Shown: positions 8,515 through 16,450 of the stretch, in pieces
Layout: each line of letters opens with the position of its first letter
Position numbering within the stretch: the stretch's first letter is position 1
Origin: Loktanella sp. R86503
GTDB lineage: Bacteria; Pseudomonadota; Alphaproteobacteria; Rhodobacterales; Rhodobacteraceae
Reading direction: 5' to 3'
DNA: 32,000 nucleotides
NCBI RefSeq assembly: GCF_042466455.1
Contig: NZ_JAXHCI010000002.1
Coordinates: forward strand, 1,470,834 to 1,502,833
The notes under the pieces: model-generated
What the model was told of the DNA's origin: nothing
The model's input: only the letters and a program-made list of their open reading frames with translations
Database searches by the model: none
Translations under genes and position numbers: made by a program

Positions 8515-11289
8515 TTACTGCGCCTTGGCGAGGTCGCGCAGCACGTAGTGCAGCACGCCGCCGTGTTCGATGTATTCGATCTCGATCGCGGTATCGATGC
8601 GGCATTTGATGTCGATGGTTTTGGTTGTGCCATCGGCCGTCGTGATATGCGCTTTCACCACTTCCAGCGGCTTGATTGTATCAAGGCCGTCAATGCTGAC
8701 GGTTTCTTCGCCAGTCAGGCCCAGTGTCTTGCGCGTATCGCCGTTCGTGAATTCGAACGGAATAACGCCCATGCCGACGAGGTTGGAACGGTGGATGCGT
8801 TCAAAGTTTTCGGCGATGACGGCTTTGACGCCCAGCAGGGCCGTGCCTTTTGCGGCCCAGTCACGCGAGGAACCTGCGCCGTACTGCTCGCCCGCAAAGA
8901 TGACCAGCGGCGTGCCGGTTTCCTCATAGGCCATGGCGGCGTCGAAGATCGAGGTCTGGTTGCCGTCGGGGCCTTTTGTGTATCCGCCTTCGACGCCGTC
9001 CAGCATTTCGTTCTTGATGCGGATATTGGCAAAGGTGCCACGCATCATGACTTCATGGTTGCCGCGGCGCGAGCCGTAGGAGTTGAATTCGCGCACGGGC
9101 ACCTGATGTTCCAGCAGGTACTGACCGGCCGGACTGGTTTCCTTGAACGAGCCGGCGGGGCTGATGTGGTCGGTCGTAACCATGTCGCCCAGAACGGCCA
9201 GAACCTTGGCGTCCTTGACGTTGTGGATCGTGCCTGCGTCCTTGGACATGCCTTTGAAGTAAGGCGGGTTCTGAACGTAGGTCGACTGGGGCGGCCAGTT
9301 GTAGGTTTCGCTGTCGACAACTTCGACAGCCTGCCACTTTTCGTCGCCTTTGAACACATCGGCATATTTCGACATGAAGGCTTCGCGGGTTACGGTTTTT
9401 TCGACCAGATCGGCGATTTCCTTTTGTGTCGGCCAGATGTCTTTCAGGAAGACATCGTTGCCATCCTTGTCCTGACCCAGCGCATCCTTGGTGATGTCGA
9501 CGTTCATGTCGCCGACCAGCGCATAGGCCACAACCAGCGGCGGGCTGGCCAGGTAGTTGGCGCGCACGTCCGGCGAAATGCGGCCTTCGAAGTTGCGGTT
9601 ACCGGACAGGACCGACACGCCGATCAGGTCGTAATCATTGATCGCCTTGCTGATTGCCGGCTCTAGGGGGCCGGAGTTGCCGATGCAGGTCGTGCAACCG
9701 TAGCCGACAAGGTGGAAGTCCAGCGCGTCCAGATCCTCTTGCAGGCCTGCGGCCTCCAGATACTCGGTCACAACCTGAGAGCCGGGCGCGAGAGAGGTTT
9801 TGACCCAAGGCTTGCGGGTCAGGCCAAGGGCGCGCGCCTTACGGGCCACAAGACCGGCACCGATCATCACGTAGGGGTTGGATGTGTTGGTACAGGAGGT
9901 GATCGAGGCGATCACGATCGAGCCGTCGTGCAGCTGGTAGTTGCCGTCGTCGGTCTGCACATAGCCCCGCTTGTGGTGCCCTTCGTCGCCGGGGATGTCG
10001 CGCGGTTCTGGCTGGCCGCCTTCACCTTCCCAGCGGATTTCTGCATTGGCAGAGGTATCCTTGCCTTCGCGGATTCCTTTGACGTACTGACCAAACGCCG
10101 TGCCGGCGATATCGAGGTTGATGTGGTCCTGCGGACGTTTAGGGCCAGAGATGGCGGGCACAACGGTGCCCATGTCCAGCTCCAGCGTGTCGGTGTAGAC
10201 CGGTGCGTAGTCGGCATCGCGCCAGAAGCCGTTCGCCTTGGCATAGGCTTCGACAAGAGCAATCCGGTCTTCGTCGCGGCCTGTCAGGCGCAGATATTTC
10301 AGGGTTTCGTCGTCGATAGGGAAGTAGCCGCAGGTTGCGCCGTATTCGGGGGCCATGTTGCCAATCGTGGCGCGGTCCGCCAGCGGCAGGTGATCAAGGC
10401 CGGGGCCGTAGAATTCGACGAACTTGCTGACCACGCCCTTTTCGCGCAGCAGCTCTACAACCTTCAGCACCAGGTCGGTGGCGGTGGTGCCTTCGGTCAT
10501 CTCTCCGGTCAGTTTGAAGCCGACGACTTCGGGGATCAGCATGGAAATCGGCTGGCCCAGCATCGCGGCTTCTGCCTCGATCCCGCCGACACCCCAGCCC
10601 AGAACGGCCAAACCGTTGACCATGGTCGTGTGGCTGTCGGTGCCGACAAGCGTATCGGGGTAGGCGACGGTTTCGCCGTTCTGGTCGGTATCGGTCCAGA
10701 CGGTCTGGGCCAGATATTCCAAGTTTACCTGGTGGCAGATGCCTGTGCCCGGCGGTACAACGCGGAAGTTGTTGAACGCGTTCTGGCCCCACTTCAGGAA
10801 CTGGTAACGTTCCATGTTGCGTTCGTATTCGCGGTCGACGTTCATCTGGAATGCGCGCGGGTTGCCAAATTCGTCGATCATCACCGAGTGGTCGATCACA
10901 AGATCGACAGGGGCCAGCGGATTGATCTGCTGGGCGTCGCCGCCCAATGCCACGATGCCGTCACGCATGGCCGCAAGGTCCACCACGGCGGGCACGCCGG
11001 TGAAGTCCTGCATCAGCACGCGGGCCGGACGATAGGCGATTTCGCGGGGGTTCTTGCCGCCCAGGGTGGCCCATTCGGCAAATGCCTTGATGTCATCTAC
11101 CGTGACGGTCTTGCCGTCCTCGAAACGCAGCATGTTTTCCAGCACGACCTTCAGCGCGGCAGGCAGCTTGCTGAAATCGCCTAGACCGGCCTGCGTGGCG
11201 GCGTCAATCGAATAGTAGGAGACCGACTGGTCGCCGACCGTCAGGGTCTTGCGGGTTTTTGCGGTATCAGTGCCGACTGTGACTGTCAT
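8515..11289 (-). CDS. acnA: Aconitate hydratase AcnA
   Basis: 924 aa from MTVTVGTDTAKTRKTL; LVGTDSHTTMVNGLAVLGWGVGGIEAEAAMLG, SCTNTSNPYVMIGAGL, GYGCTTCIGNSGPL, QYGAGSSRDWAAKG. Confidence 0.98.
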   Translation of the reverse strand: MTVTVGTDTAKTRKTLTVGDQSVSYYSIDAATQAGLGDFSKLPAALKVVLENMLRFEDGKTVTVDDIKAFAEWATLGGKNPREIAYRPARVLMQDFTGVPAVVDLAAMRDGIVALGGDAQQINPLAPVDLVIDHSVMIDEFGNPRAFQMNVDREYERNMERYQFLKWGQNAFNNFRVVPPGTGICHQVNLEYLAQTVWTDTDQNGETVAYPDTLVGTDSHTTMVNGLAVLGWGVGGIEAEAAMLGQPISMLIPEVVGFKLTGEMTEGTTATDLVLKVVELLREKGVVSKFVEFYGPGLDHLPLADRATIGNMAPEYGATCGYFPIDDETLKYLRLTGRDEDRIALVEAYAKANGFWRDADYAPVYTDTLELDMGTVVPAISGPKRPQDHINLDIAGTAFGQYVKGIREGKDTSANAEIRWEGEGGQPEPRDIPGDEGHHKRGYVQTDDGNYQLHDGSIVIASITSCTNTSNPYVMIGAGLVARKARALGLTRKPWVKTSLAPGSQVVTEYLEAAGLQEDLDALDFHLVGYGCTTCIGNSGPLEPAISKAINDYDLIGVSVLSGNRNFEGRISPDVRANYLASPPLVVAYALVGDMNVDITKDALGQDKDGNDVFLKDIWPTQKEIADLVEKTVTREAFMSKYADVFKGDEKWQAVEVVDSETYNWPPQSTYVQNPPYFKGMSKDAGTIHNVKDAKVLAVLGDMVTTDHISPAGSFKETSPAGQYLLEHQVPVREFNSYGSRRGNHEVMMRGTFANIRIKNEMLDGVEGGYTKGPDGNQTSIFDAAMAYEETGTPLVIFAGEQYGAGSSRDWAAKGTALLGVKAVIAENFERIHRSNLVGMGVIPFEFTNGDTRKTLGLTGEETVSIDGLDTIKPLEVVKAHITTADGTTKTIDIKCRIDTAIEIEYIEHGGVLHYVLRDLAKAQ

Positions 11290-11374
11290 GGCTATCCCTT
11301 TGGGGTTGAGGACTGTGGCTTGCGCCACTTTTGCCCCAAGCCGCGCAGCCGTTCAAGGGGTTGTGGCGAAAAAA

Positions 11375-11392
11375 GGTATACAATTGTATACC
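11375..11392. promoter_or_regulatory. Perfect 18-bp palindrome, putative transcription-factor operator in the acnA / DUF1223 divergent intergenic region
   Basis: GGTATACAATTGTATACC equals its own reverse complement; 86 bp upstream of the acnA start codon. Confidence 0.5.
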
Positions 11393-11518
11393 GGCTGGGC
11401 GCGTGACGGTTTATACCGCACATCGAGGGCCTTCACCGGATGTCGCAAATCCTTGATTGGTCATTACAATGTCTTTTTCATAAACGATAGAAACAGAAAT
11501 TTTGTGGAAAGTACCCTC

Positions 11519-12232
11519 ATGCGCCATGTCTTCGCCGCCTCTGTCATCGGAGCGATCTTTGCCGGAACCGGTCTGGCTGCGCAGGATCGGGGTATTCAGG
11601 ACTGGGGTACGGTGGTGGAGCTTTACACCTCTCAGGGTTGTTCAAGCTGCCCGCCTGCGGACCGGATCTTTGAACAGATTGCCGACCGCGATGATGTGAT
11701 CGCCCTGGCGCTGCATGTGGATTACTGGGACTATATCGGCTGGAAGGACGATCTGGGCAGCCCTGCCTTTACCGCCCGTCAGCGTGGATATGCCCGAGAA
11801 TGGCAGGCGCGAAATGTCTATACGCCGCAAATGGTTGTAGCAGGGGTCAAGGAACTGGTCGGCAGTCACCCGGTCAAGGCGATGGATGCGATTACCAGCC
11901 ATCCGGCCCAGAATAACCCCGTGCAGATGTCATTGAGCCGGACTGGCGATGTCGCAACTGTCAACGCCACGGCCGTCGGTGCCGTGCCGCCGCGCGCGCT
12001 GGTGCAGATTGTCCGCTATACGCCGCGCGTCACGCGCGACATCCACAAGGGCGAGAACGCGGGCAAAACCGTTATTTACCGCAACGTTGTCACCAGCTGG
12101 GTTGAGGCAGGCGAGTGGAACACTGGCCAACCCCTGTCGCTGAATGTGAATGTGACCGGCGATGCGCCAGTGGTCGCCATTATTCAGGACGGCCCGGCGG
12201 GTGCGATTCTGGGTGCGGTGCAGCTGCGTTAA
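11519..12232 (+). CDS. DUF1223 family secreted protein (thioredoxin-fold-like)
   Basis: 237 aa from MRHVFAASVIGAIFAGTGLAA (signal peptide); VVELYTSQGCSSCPPADRIFEQIADRDDVIALALHVDYWDYIGWKDDL. The ORF-track upstream extension is probably non-coding. Confidence 0.9.
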   Translation: MRHVFAASVIGAIFAGTGLAAQDRGIQDWGTVVELYTSQGCSSCPPADRIFEQIADRDDVIALALHVDYWDYIGWKDDLGSPAFTARQRGYAREWQARNVYTPQMVVAGVKELVGSHPVKAMDAITSHPAQNNPVQMSLSRTGDVATVNATAVGAVPPRALVQIVRYTPRVTRDIHKGENAGKTVIYRNVVTSWVEAGEWNTGQPLSLNVNVTGDAPVVAIIQDGPAGAILGAVQLR

Positions 12233-12236
12233 CGCC

Positions 12237-13184
12237 TTATTTCCAGCGGCGGTGCACCCAGAACCATTGTTCGGGGTGATCGGCGATCCGCGCCTCCAGC
12301 CGTTTTGTTGCCTCGGTCATCATTGTCAGCGGATCACTGTGGGCAATGGGCGATTCGACGACCACGTCAAAGGACAGGCCGTCGGGCTGGCGAATCCCGA
12401 AGTAGGGCACCAGCAAGGCGTCAAAGCGCAATGCCATTTCCGCGGCCGCCATGGATGTCAGCGCCGGACGATGCAGAAAGTCAATCGCGGGCGCACCGTA
12501 GACGTGAACGTCAAACAAAAGCGTGCCCATGCCGCCGGCCTTGATATGGCGGGCAAAACCCATCGTGCCGCGCTTGCCTTGAGCAAAGACGGGGCCACCC
12601 CAACTGGTCATCGTTTCGCGGTAGTGCGCATCAACATAGGCGTTCGCCATCGGGCGATAAAGTCCGCCGATGCGCGCGCCATCGCGGGTCAGGACGTGGC
12701 GGGGGGCTTCGAAGTTACCGAAATGGGCCGTCAGGAAAATGATCGGGCGGCCAGCAGCCATTGCCTTTTGCACCGCATCAACGCCGTCACCGCGCGGCAA
12801 GGTCTGTGACAGTTGCGCGGCAAAATCGCGGTTGGCATAGTTTTCCATCAAGGTGCGGCCGAAATTGTCCAGCACACGGGTGGCCAGATCGCGGCGGGCG
12901 GATGTGTCCATCTGGGGATAGGCATCTGCCAGGTTGACCATGGCGCGGCGCCGGTAGCCTGCCAGCGGACCAATAACGCGGGCGACAATTGCCCCCGTAC
13001 CGCGGACCCGCATGCGATAGGGCAGCAGGTTCATGCCGCCGATAAGGGCGCGCAGGACCAGATTTTGCAGCCATTGCGAACGGCTGCCGTCAGGCACTGC
13101 GACGGCTGCCGTGGTGTCGGTCTGGGCGATACCGGTCTGTCTGGCATCGGTCCGGGCGTTATCAGTCTGGGCGTTATCGGTCAT
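12237..13184 (-). CDS. Lysophospholipid acyltransferase family protein (LpxL/HtrB-like)
   Basis: 315 aa; GRPIIFLTAHFGNFEAPRHVL, HPEQWFWVHRRWK C-terminus typical of lipid A biosynthesis acyltransferases. Confidence 0.88.
   Translation of the reverse strand: MTDNAQTDNARTDARQTGIAQTDTTAAVAVPDGSRSQWLQNLVLRALIGGMNLLPYRMRVRGTGAIVARVIGPLAGYRRRAMVNLADAYPQMDTSARRDLATRVLDNFGRTLMENYANRDFAAQLSQTLPRGDGVDAVQKAMAAGRPIIFLTAHFGNFEAPRHVLTRDGARIGGLYRPMANAYVDAHYRETMTSWGGPVFAQGKRGTMGFARHIKAGGMGTLLFDVHVYGAPAIDFLHRPALTSMAAAEMALRFDALLVPYFGIRQPDGLSFDVVVESPIAHSDPLTMMTEATKRLEARIADHPEQWFWVHRRWK
13119..13178. repeat. 15-bp imperfect tandem repeat, 4 units, within the 5' end of the acyltransferase ORF
   Basis: GGTCTGGGCGATACC / GGTCTGTCTGGCATC / GGTCCGGGCGTTATC / AGTCTGGGCGTTATC; encodes TDNAQ-TDNAR-TDARQ-TGIAQ-like pentapeptides. 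Confidence 0.75.
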
Positions 13185-13258
13185 GGCAATCAGGTAGTGC
13201 CCTGCCGCGTCTTTGAAAAGCCCCGCATTTCACGCAGGCATGCGGGCAGGGGGTCTGA

Positions 13259-14332
13259 TCACTCTTCCGCGTCCGGGTCGATCAAGCTGATGGTGCCGTC
13301 GTCGGCCAGGGCGCGGATGGCGGTGCTGACCGCATTCATCGCGGCTTCACCGTCGACCGTTTTGGGTGTGCCGCGTTCGGCGGCTTCTTCTTTCATGCTG
13401 GCGGCCATACGCTGCGAAATGCAGTCGAGGATGAAATTTGCCGCTTCTTCCCTTTTGCCGCCGGTGCCGAGGGCAAAGGCCATGGCCGTCGCCAGATCGC
13501 CTGAATCAATGGCGCGGATGCAGTTGGGCATGTGAATTGGACGCACGCGGGCGGGAATGTCTTCAAAGGTAAAGATGGCTTTGCGCACATCCTTTGCGAA
13601 ATCGGCGTCGGATTCGTCAAGGCCCACCAGAACATCATCGCGGGTCAGCGCCGGGCTGGAGTTCAGGATGGCCCCAACCCGTTCGACAGGTGCCTTTTCA
13701 AAAGCGGTCAGGCGGGTGCGGCAATAGTCAGATACCAGCGCCTGCCCGATCCGTAGGACGGCATCGGGGGCTATGTCCGCCGTCTGGCGCACGGCAAAAG
13801 TAATGCGCCGGGCGCGTTCACCGGGCAATTTGCCCAGCACTTCCGCCGCGCGGGCGACAGGCAGTTTGGATAGCAGCACCGCACCGATCTGGATGCTTTC
13901 GTTTGACAGGATCTTGACCACTTCGTCAGTGGTCAGGTTTTGCAGCCGGATGAAAGGGTCGCGTCCTGTGCGATTATCCATCTGGTCGCGCAGTTTGTCG
14001 GCCAGATGCGGCGAAATTTGGCCAGATAACGCTTCGAGTGCGGCATCAACGTTGCCGGGGGCAGACAGGCCGATGGCATCCAGCAAATCGGCAAATTCGG
14101 TGGCCACTGCGTTGACCGTGTCCCGGTCAACCAGCCGGATCGCACCAAGTTCACGTGCTAGGTCTTCCTGCACATGATCGGGCATGGATGATAGGGCCAG
14201 TTTGTTGCCATCGCTGATCAGCAATTGCACGATCAGCGCCGCCTTGCGTTTACGTGACAAACGCAGCGTGCCGGATGCGCCGGGCGCACCCGCGGGTGCA
14301 GAATCAGAAAGGGGATGAAGGGCATTGAGCAT
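13259..14332 (-). CDS. FliG-like protein (flagellar motor switch family), no flagellar gene context
   Basis: 357 aa; SRKRKAALIVQLL N-terminal region, FIRLQNLTTDEVVKILSNESIQIGAVLLSKLPVARAAEVLGKLPGERARRITFAVRQT middle region, and IFTFEDI...CIRAIDSGDLATAMAFALGTGGKREEAANFILDCISQRMAASMKEEAAERG, which matches the FliG C-terminal layout. Confidence 0.75.
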   Translation of the reverse strand: MLNALHPLSDSAPAGAPGASGTLRLSRKRKAALIVQLLISDGNKLALSSMPDHVQEDLARELGAIRLVDRDTVNAVATEFADLLDAIGLSAPGNVDAALEALSGQISPHLADKLRDQMDNRTGRDPFIRLQNLTTDEVVKILSNESIQIGAVLLSKLPVARAAEVLGKLPGERARRITFAVRQTADIAPDAVLRIGQALVSDYCRTRLTAFEKAPVERVGAILNSSPALTRDDVLVGLDESDADFAKDVRKAIFTFEDIPARVRPIHMPNCIRAIDSGDLATAMAFALGTGGKREEAANFILDCISQRMAASMKEEAAERGTPKTVDGEAAMNAVSTAIRALADDGTISLIDPDAEE

Positions 14333-14376
14333 GGCCCCACCTTACCGGCAGAGCGGTCAACGAATGGTAAACGCCC

Positions 14377-14868
14377 TTAGCCTTTGGCGTAGTTCACCGA
14401 CATGCCGCGCAGCGCTTCGATGGCGTCCGGCGACAAATCTTCTATGGATTTGGTCGCGTTGTGCAGTTCGGTCAGCACGCCGGCCAAATCCTGAATTTCG
14501 CCGTCGGTAAATTCGCGGTCTGCCCGCGCAAAGCTGCCAAAGCTGCGGCTGCCATCGGTTTCAAGCGCACAAACAACGCCGTAGTTCAGCCCGTGCTGTG
14601 CGGCCCGTTGCATGACCCGCGACGGATCATCCGTCAGATCGGACCAGCGGCAGCTGCCGTCATTGTTAAAGCCCCAGGATACGGTCGGATCGGCCATCAC
14701 CAAAGCGTGCAGAGAATAATAGGTCGTCCAGGCCTTTGGATAGGCCTGAAGCAGAAAGGTCGGAGTCGTATAACGGATGTGAAAGGCCAAGGCGTAGCCT
14801 GCAGGCGCAAGGCCTGATGCATCTTCAAGCCGCTTCATCATCTGCGCGATGTCCGACATTTTCATCAT
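14377..14868 (-). CDS. LuxR-type autoinducer-binding domain protein lacking the HTH DNA-binding domain
   Basis: 163 aa from MMKMSDIAQMMKRLEDASG; AYPKAWTTYYSLHALVMADPTVSWGFNNDGSCRWSDL keeps the W/Y/D/W residues of the AHL pocket; ends at LSPDAIEALRGMSVNYAKG. An alternative start is 14922. Confidence 0.8.
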   Translation of the reverse strand: MMKMSDIAQMMKRLEDASGLAPAGYALAFHIRYTTPTFLLQAYPKAWTTYYSLHALVMADPTVSWGFNNDGSCRWSDLTDDPSRVMQRAAQHGLNYGVVCALETDGSRSFGSFARADREFTDGEIQDLAGVLTELHNATKSIEDLSPDAIEALRGMSVNYAKG

Positions 14869-14984
14869 CCTGTGGCCCGGTCTTTCAGTTTCATTTACAG
14901 TAAAAAGCTGATTTGCTTTCACTCTCGGGTGTCATACTATCCAAAAGTGTAATTCGCATCTCAACTATAAGGCGACGTTAACTG

Positions 14985-15593
14985 ATGGTCCGACAGATGA
15001 CGCCTCAGGACGTTCAACGTGTTTCGCCATCCGGACACTACATCGCGCTCCGTATCGGTTTTGCCTTCCCGATGGAAGAGATCAACGCGCTGCCGACAGA
15101 ATGGGTTGACCACTATACTAAAAATCGTCTGATGCTGTTCGACCCCGTCATGCGATGGGCCTATGCCAACACCGGCTTCAGGCGCTGGTCGGATATGCGC
15201 GGCGATGATCCTCATGGTGTTTTGACCATGGCCTCTGCCTTTGGGTTGCGTTTCGGCCTGACGGTTGCCGTCTTTGATGAAAACCTAGAAGGCCACCGCT
15301 CGTTTGCAAGTTTTATTCGCCCCGACCGCGAGTTCGAGGATCTGGAAGCGCGGCTGCTGGTGGCGTTTCTGACCCGCCGCCACCATGAAATGCTGCCGCC
15401 CACCAATCTGACCAATGCCGAGCTGGAGGCTTTGGCTATGGTCAAAGATGGCAAGCGGCTCAAGCAGATTGCGTTCGATCTGGGCGTTACCGAAGGGGCG
15501 GTCAAGCAGCGGCTGAAAAACGCAAAGGTCAAGCTGGGGGCCAATACCAGCACGCAGGCCGCAACGATGGCGCGGCAATTCAAGCTGATCTGA
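14985..15593 (+). CDS. LuxR family transcriptional regulator (autoinducer-binding + HTH)
   Basis: 202 aa; LPTEWVDHYTKNRLMLFDPVMRWAYANTGFRRWSDM ligand domain and LTNAELEALAMVKDGKRLKQIAFDLGVTEGAVKQRLKNAKVKLGA HTH; immediately upstream of luxI. Confidence 0.92.
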   Translation: MVRQMTPQDVQRVSPSGHYIALRIGFAFPMEEINALPTEWVDHYTKNRLMLFDPVMRWAYANTGFRRWSDMRGDDPHGVLTMASAFGLRFGLTVAVFDENLEGHRSFASFIRPDREFEDLEARLLVAFLTRRHHEMLPPTNLTNAELEALAMVKDGKRLKQIAFDLGVTEGAVKQRLKNAKVKLGANTSTQAATMARQFKLI

Positions 15594-15713
15594 CCTTTGC
15601 CAAGCCAGCGTTAATACTTTGTTAATAGCTGTAGCAATTACCCCTCTGGGGTGTGCGATCCAAAGGCTGTCCGCACTGCGGTTGAGACTCGTCCGGGCGT
15701 AATGACTAAAAAT

Positions 15714-15736
15714 GGATTCATCCTAAAGGAGAATCC
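15714..15736 (+). promoter_or_regulatory. Inverted repeat overlapping the ribosome-binding site of the luxI-type gene
   Basis: GGATTC atcctaaagga GAATCC; 6-bp arms flank the AAAGGAG Shine-Dalgarno, ending 3 nt before ATG 15740. Confidence 0.35.
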
Positions 15737-15739
15737 ACC

Positions 15740-16390
15740 ATGGAAAACATTACCTTCAATCTGGCGACCCTTCACCGGCACGGCACTGCGTTTTACGATT
15801 TCCTGCGCCTGCGCAAACGGTTTTTCGTCGACACGCTTGGTTGGAACATCCCCCATGATGACCAGGTCGAGATGGATCAATACGACAATCCCAACGCCTG
15901 GTATTCACTGGTCATGCGCGATGGTGCCGTCATCGGCGGCGCGCGTGCGATGGCGACAACGGCGACCTGGGGCAGCCACAGCTATATGCTGCGCGATGCG
16001 GTGCATGGAAAGCTGATCGACATACCGCCGCAGGTGCTGGGGCAAGATATCGTCAGCGCGCAGACGTGGGAATGCACCCGGCTTGTCATGTCGGAAAGGG
16101 TTGAAACGCAGGCGGATCGCAGCGTCTGCCTGACCATGATCGTGCAGGGGCTGATCAACGTCGCGGCCGATCAGGGGGCGACGCAGCTGATGTCACTGTC
16201 GCCGCTGGCCCTGATGCGGGCGCTGCGGCAGCTGGGGTTCGGTGCGCAGCGGATCGGTGCGCCCTATACCAATGACAATGATGGCCGGCGCTATGCGGTG
16301 CTGTCGATGCCGGTGATCCATGGCATTGCCGCCATCCCGCGCGATGCGCGCCGGGCGCAGGCGCAGCCCGTGCATGCGCCGATCCGTTAA
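15740..16390 (+). CDS. Acyl-homoserine-lactone synthase (LuxI family)
   Basis: 216 aa; RLRKRFFVDTLGWNIPHDDQVEMDQYDNPNAWY and VMRDGAVIGGARAMATT...TWECTRLVM match the LuxI R..F....W.....D..E.D.YD signature. Confidence 0.93.
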   Translation: MENITFNLATLHRHGTAFYDFLRLRKRFFVDTLGWNIPHDDQVEMDQYDNPNAWYSLVMRDGAVIGGARAMATTATWGSHSYMLRDAVHGKLIDIPPQVLGQDIVSAQTWECTRLVMSERVETQADRSVCLTMIVQGLINVAADQGATQLMSLSPLALMRALRQLGFGAQRIGAPYTNDNDGRRYAVLSMPVIHGIAAIPRDARRAQAQPVHAPIR

Positions 16391-16393
16391 CGC

Positions 16394-16431
16394 AATATGG
16401 CCGGGCGCTGTCTTGCAGGCCCGGCCATATT
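16394..16431 (+). terminator. Intrinsic terminator between luxI-type gene and purB (convergent)
   Basis: 13-bp perfect stem AATATGGCCGGGC ... GCCCGGCCATATT followed by TTTC. Confidence 0.85.
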
Positions 16432-16450
16432 TTCACGCCGTCAGGGGCGA

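Noticed and set aside
9712-11184. 490-aa + strand ORF (and 8548..9666, 372 aa) antisense to acnA
   Set aside because: Shadow ORFs created by third-position GC bias opposite acnA; no recognisable protein motifs.
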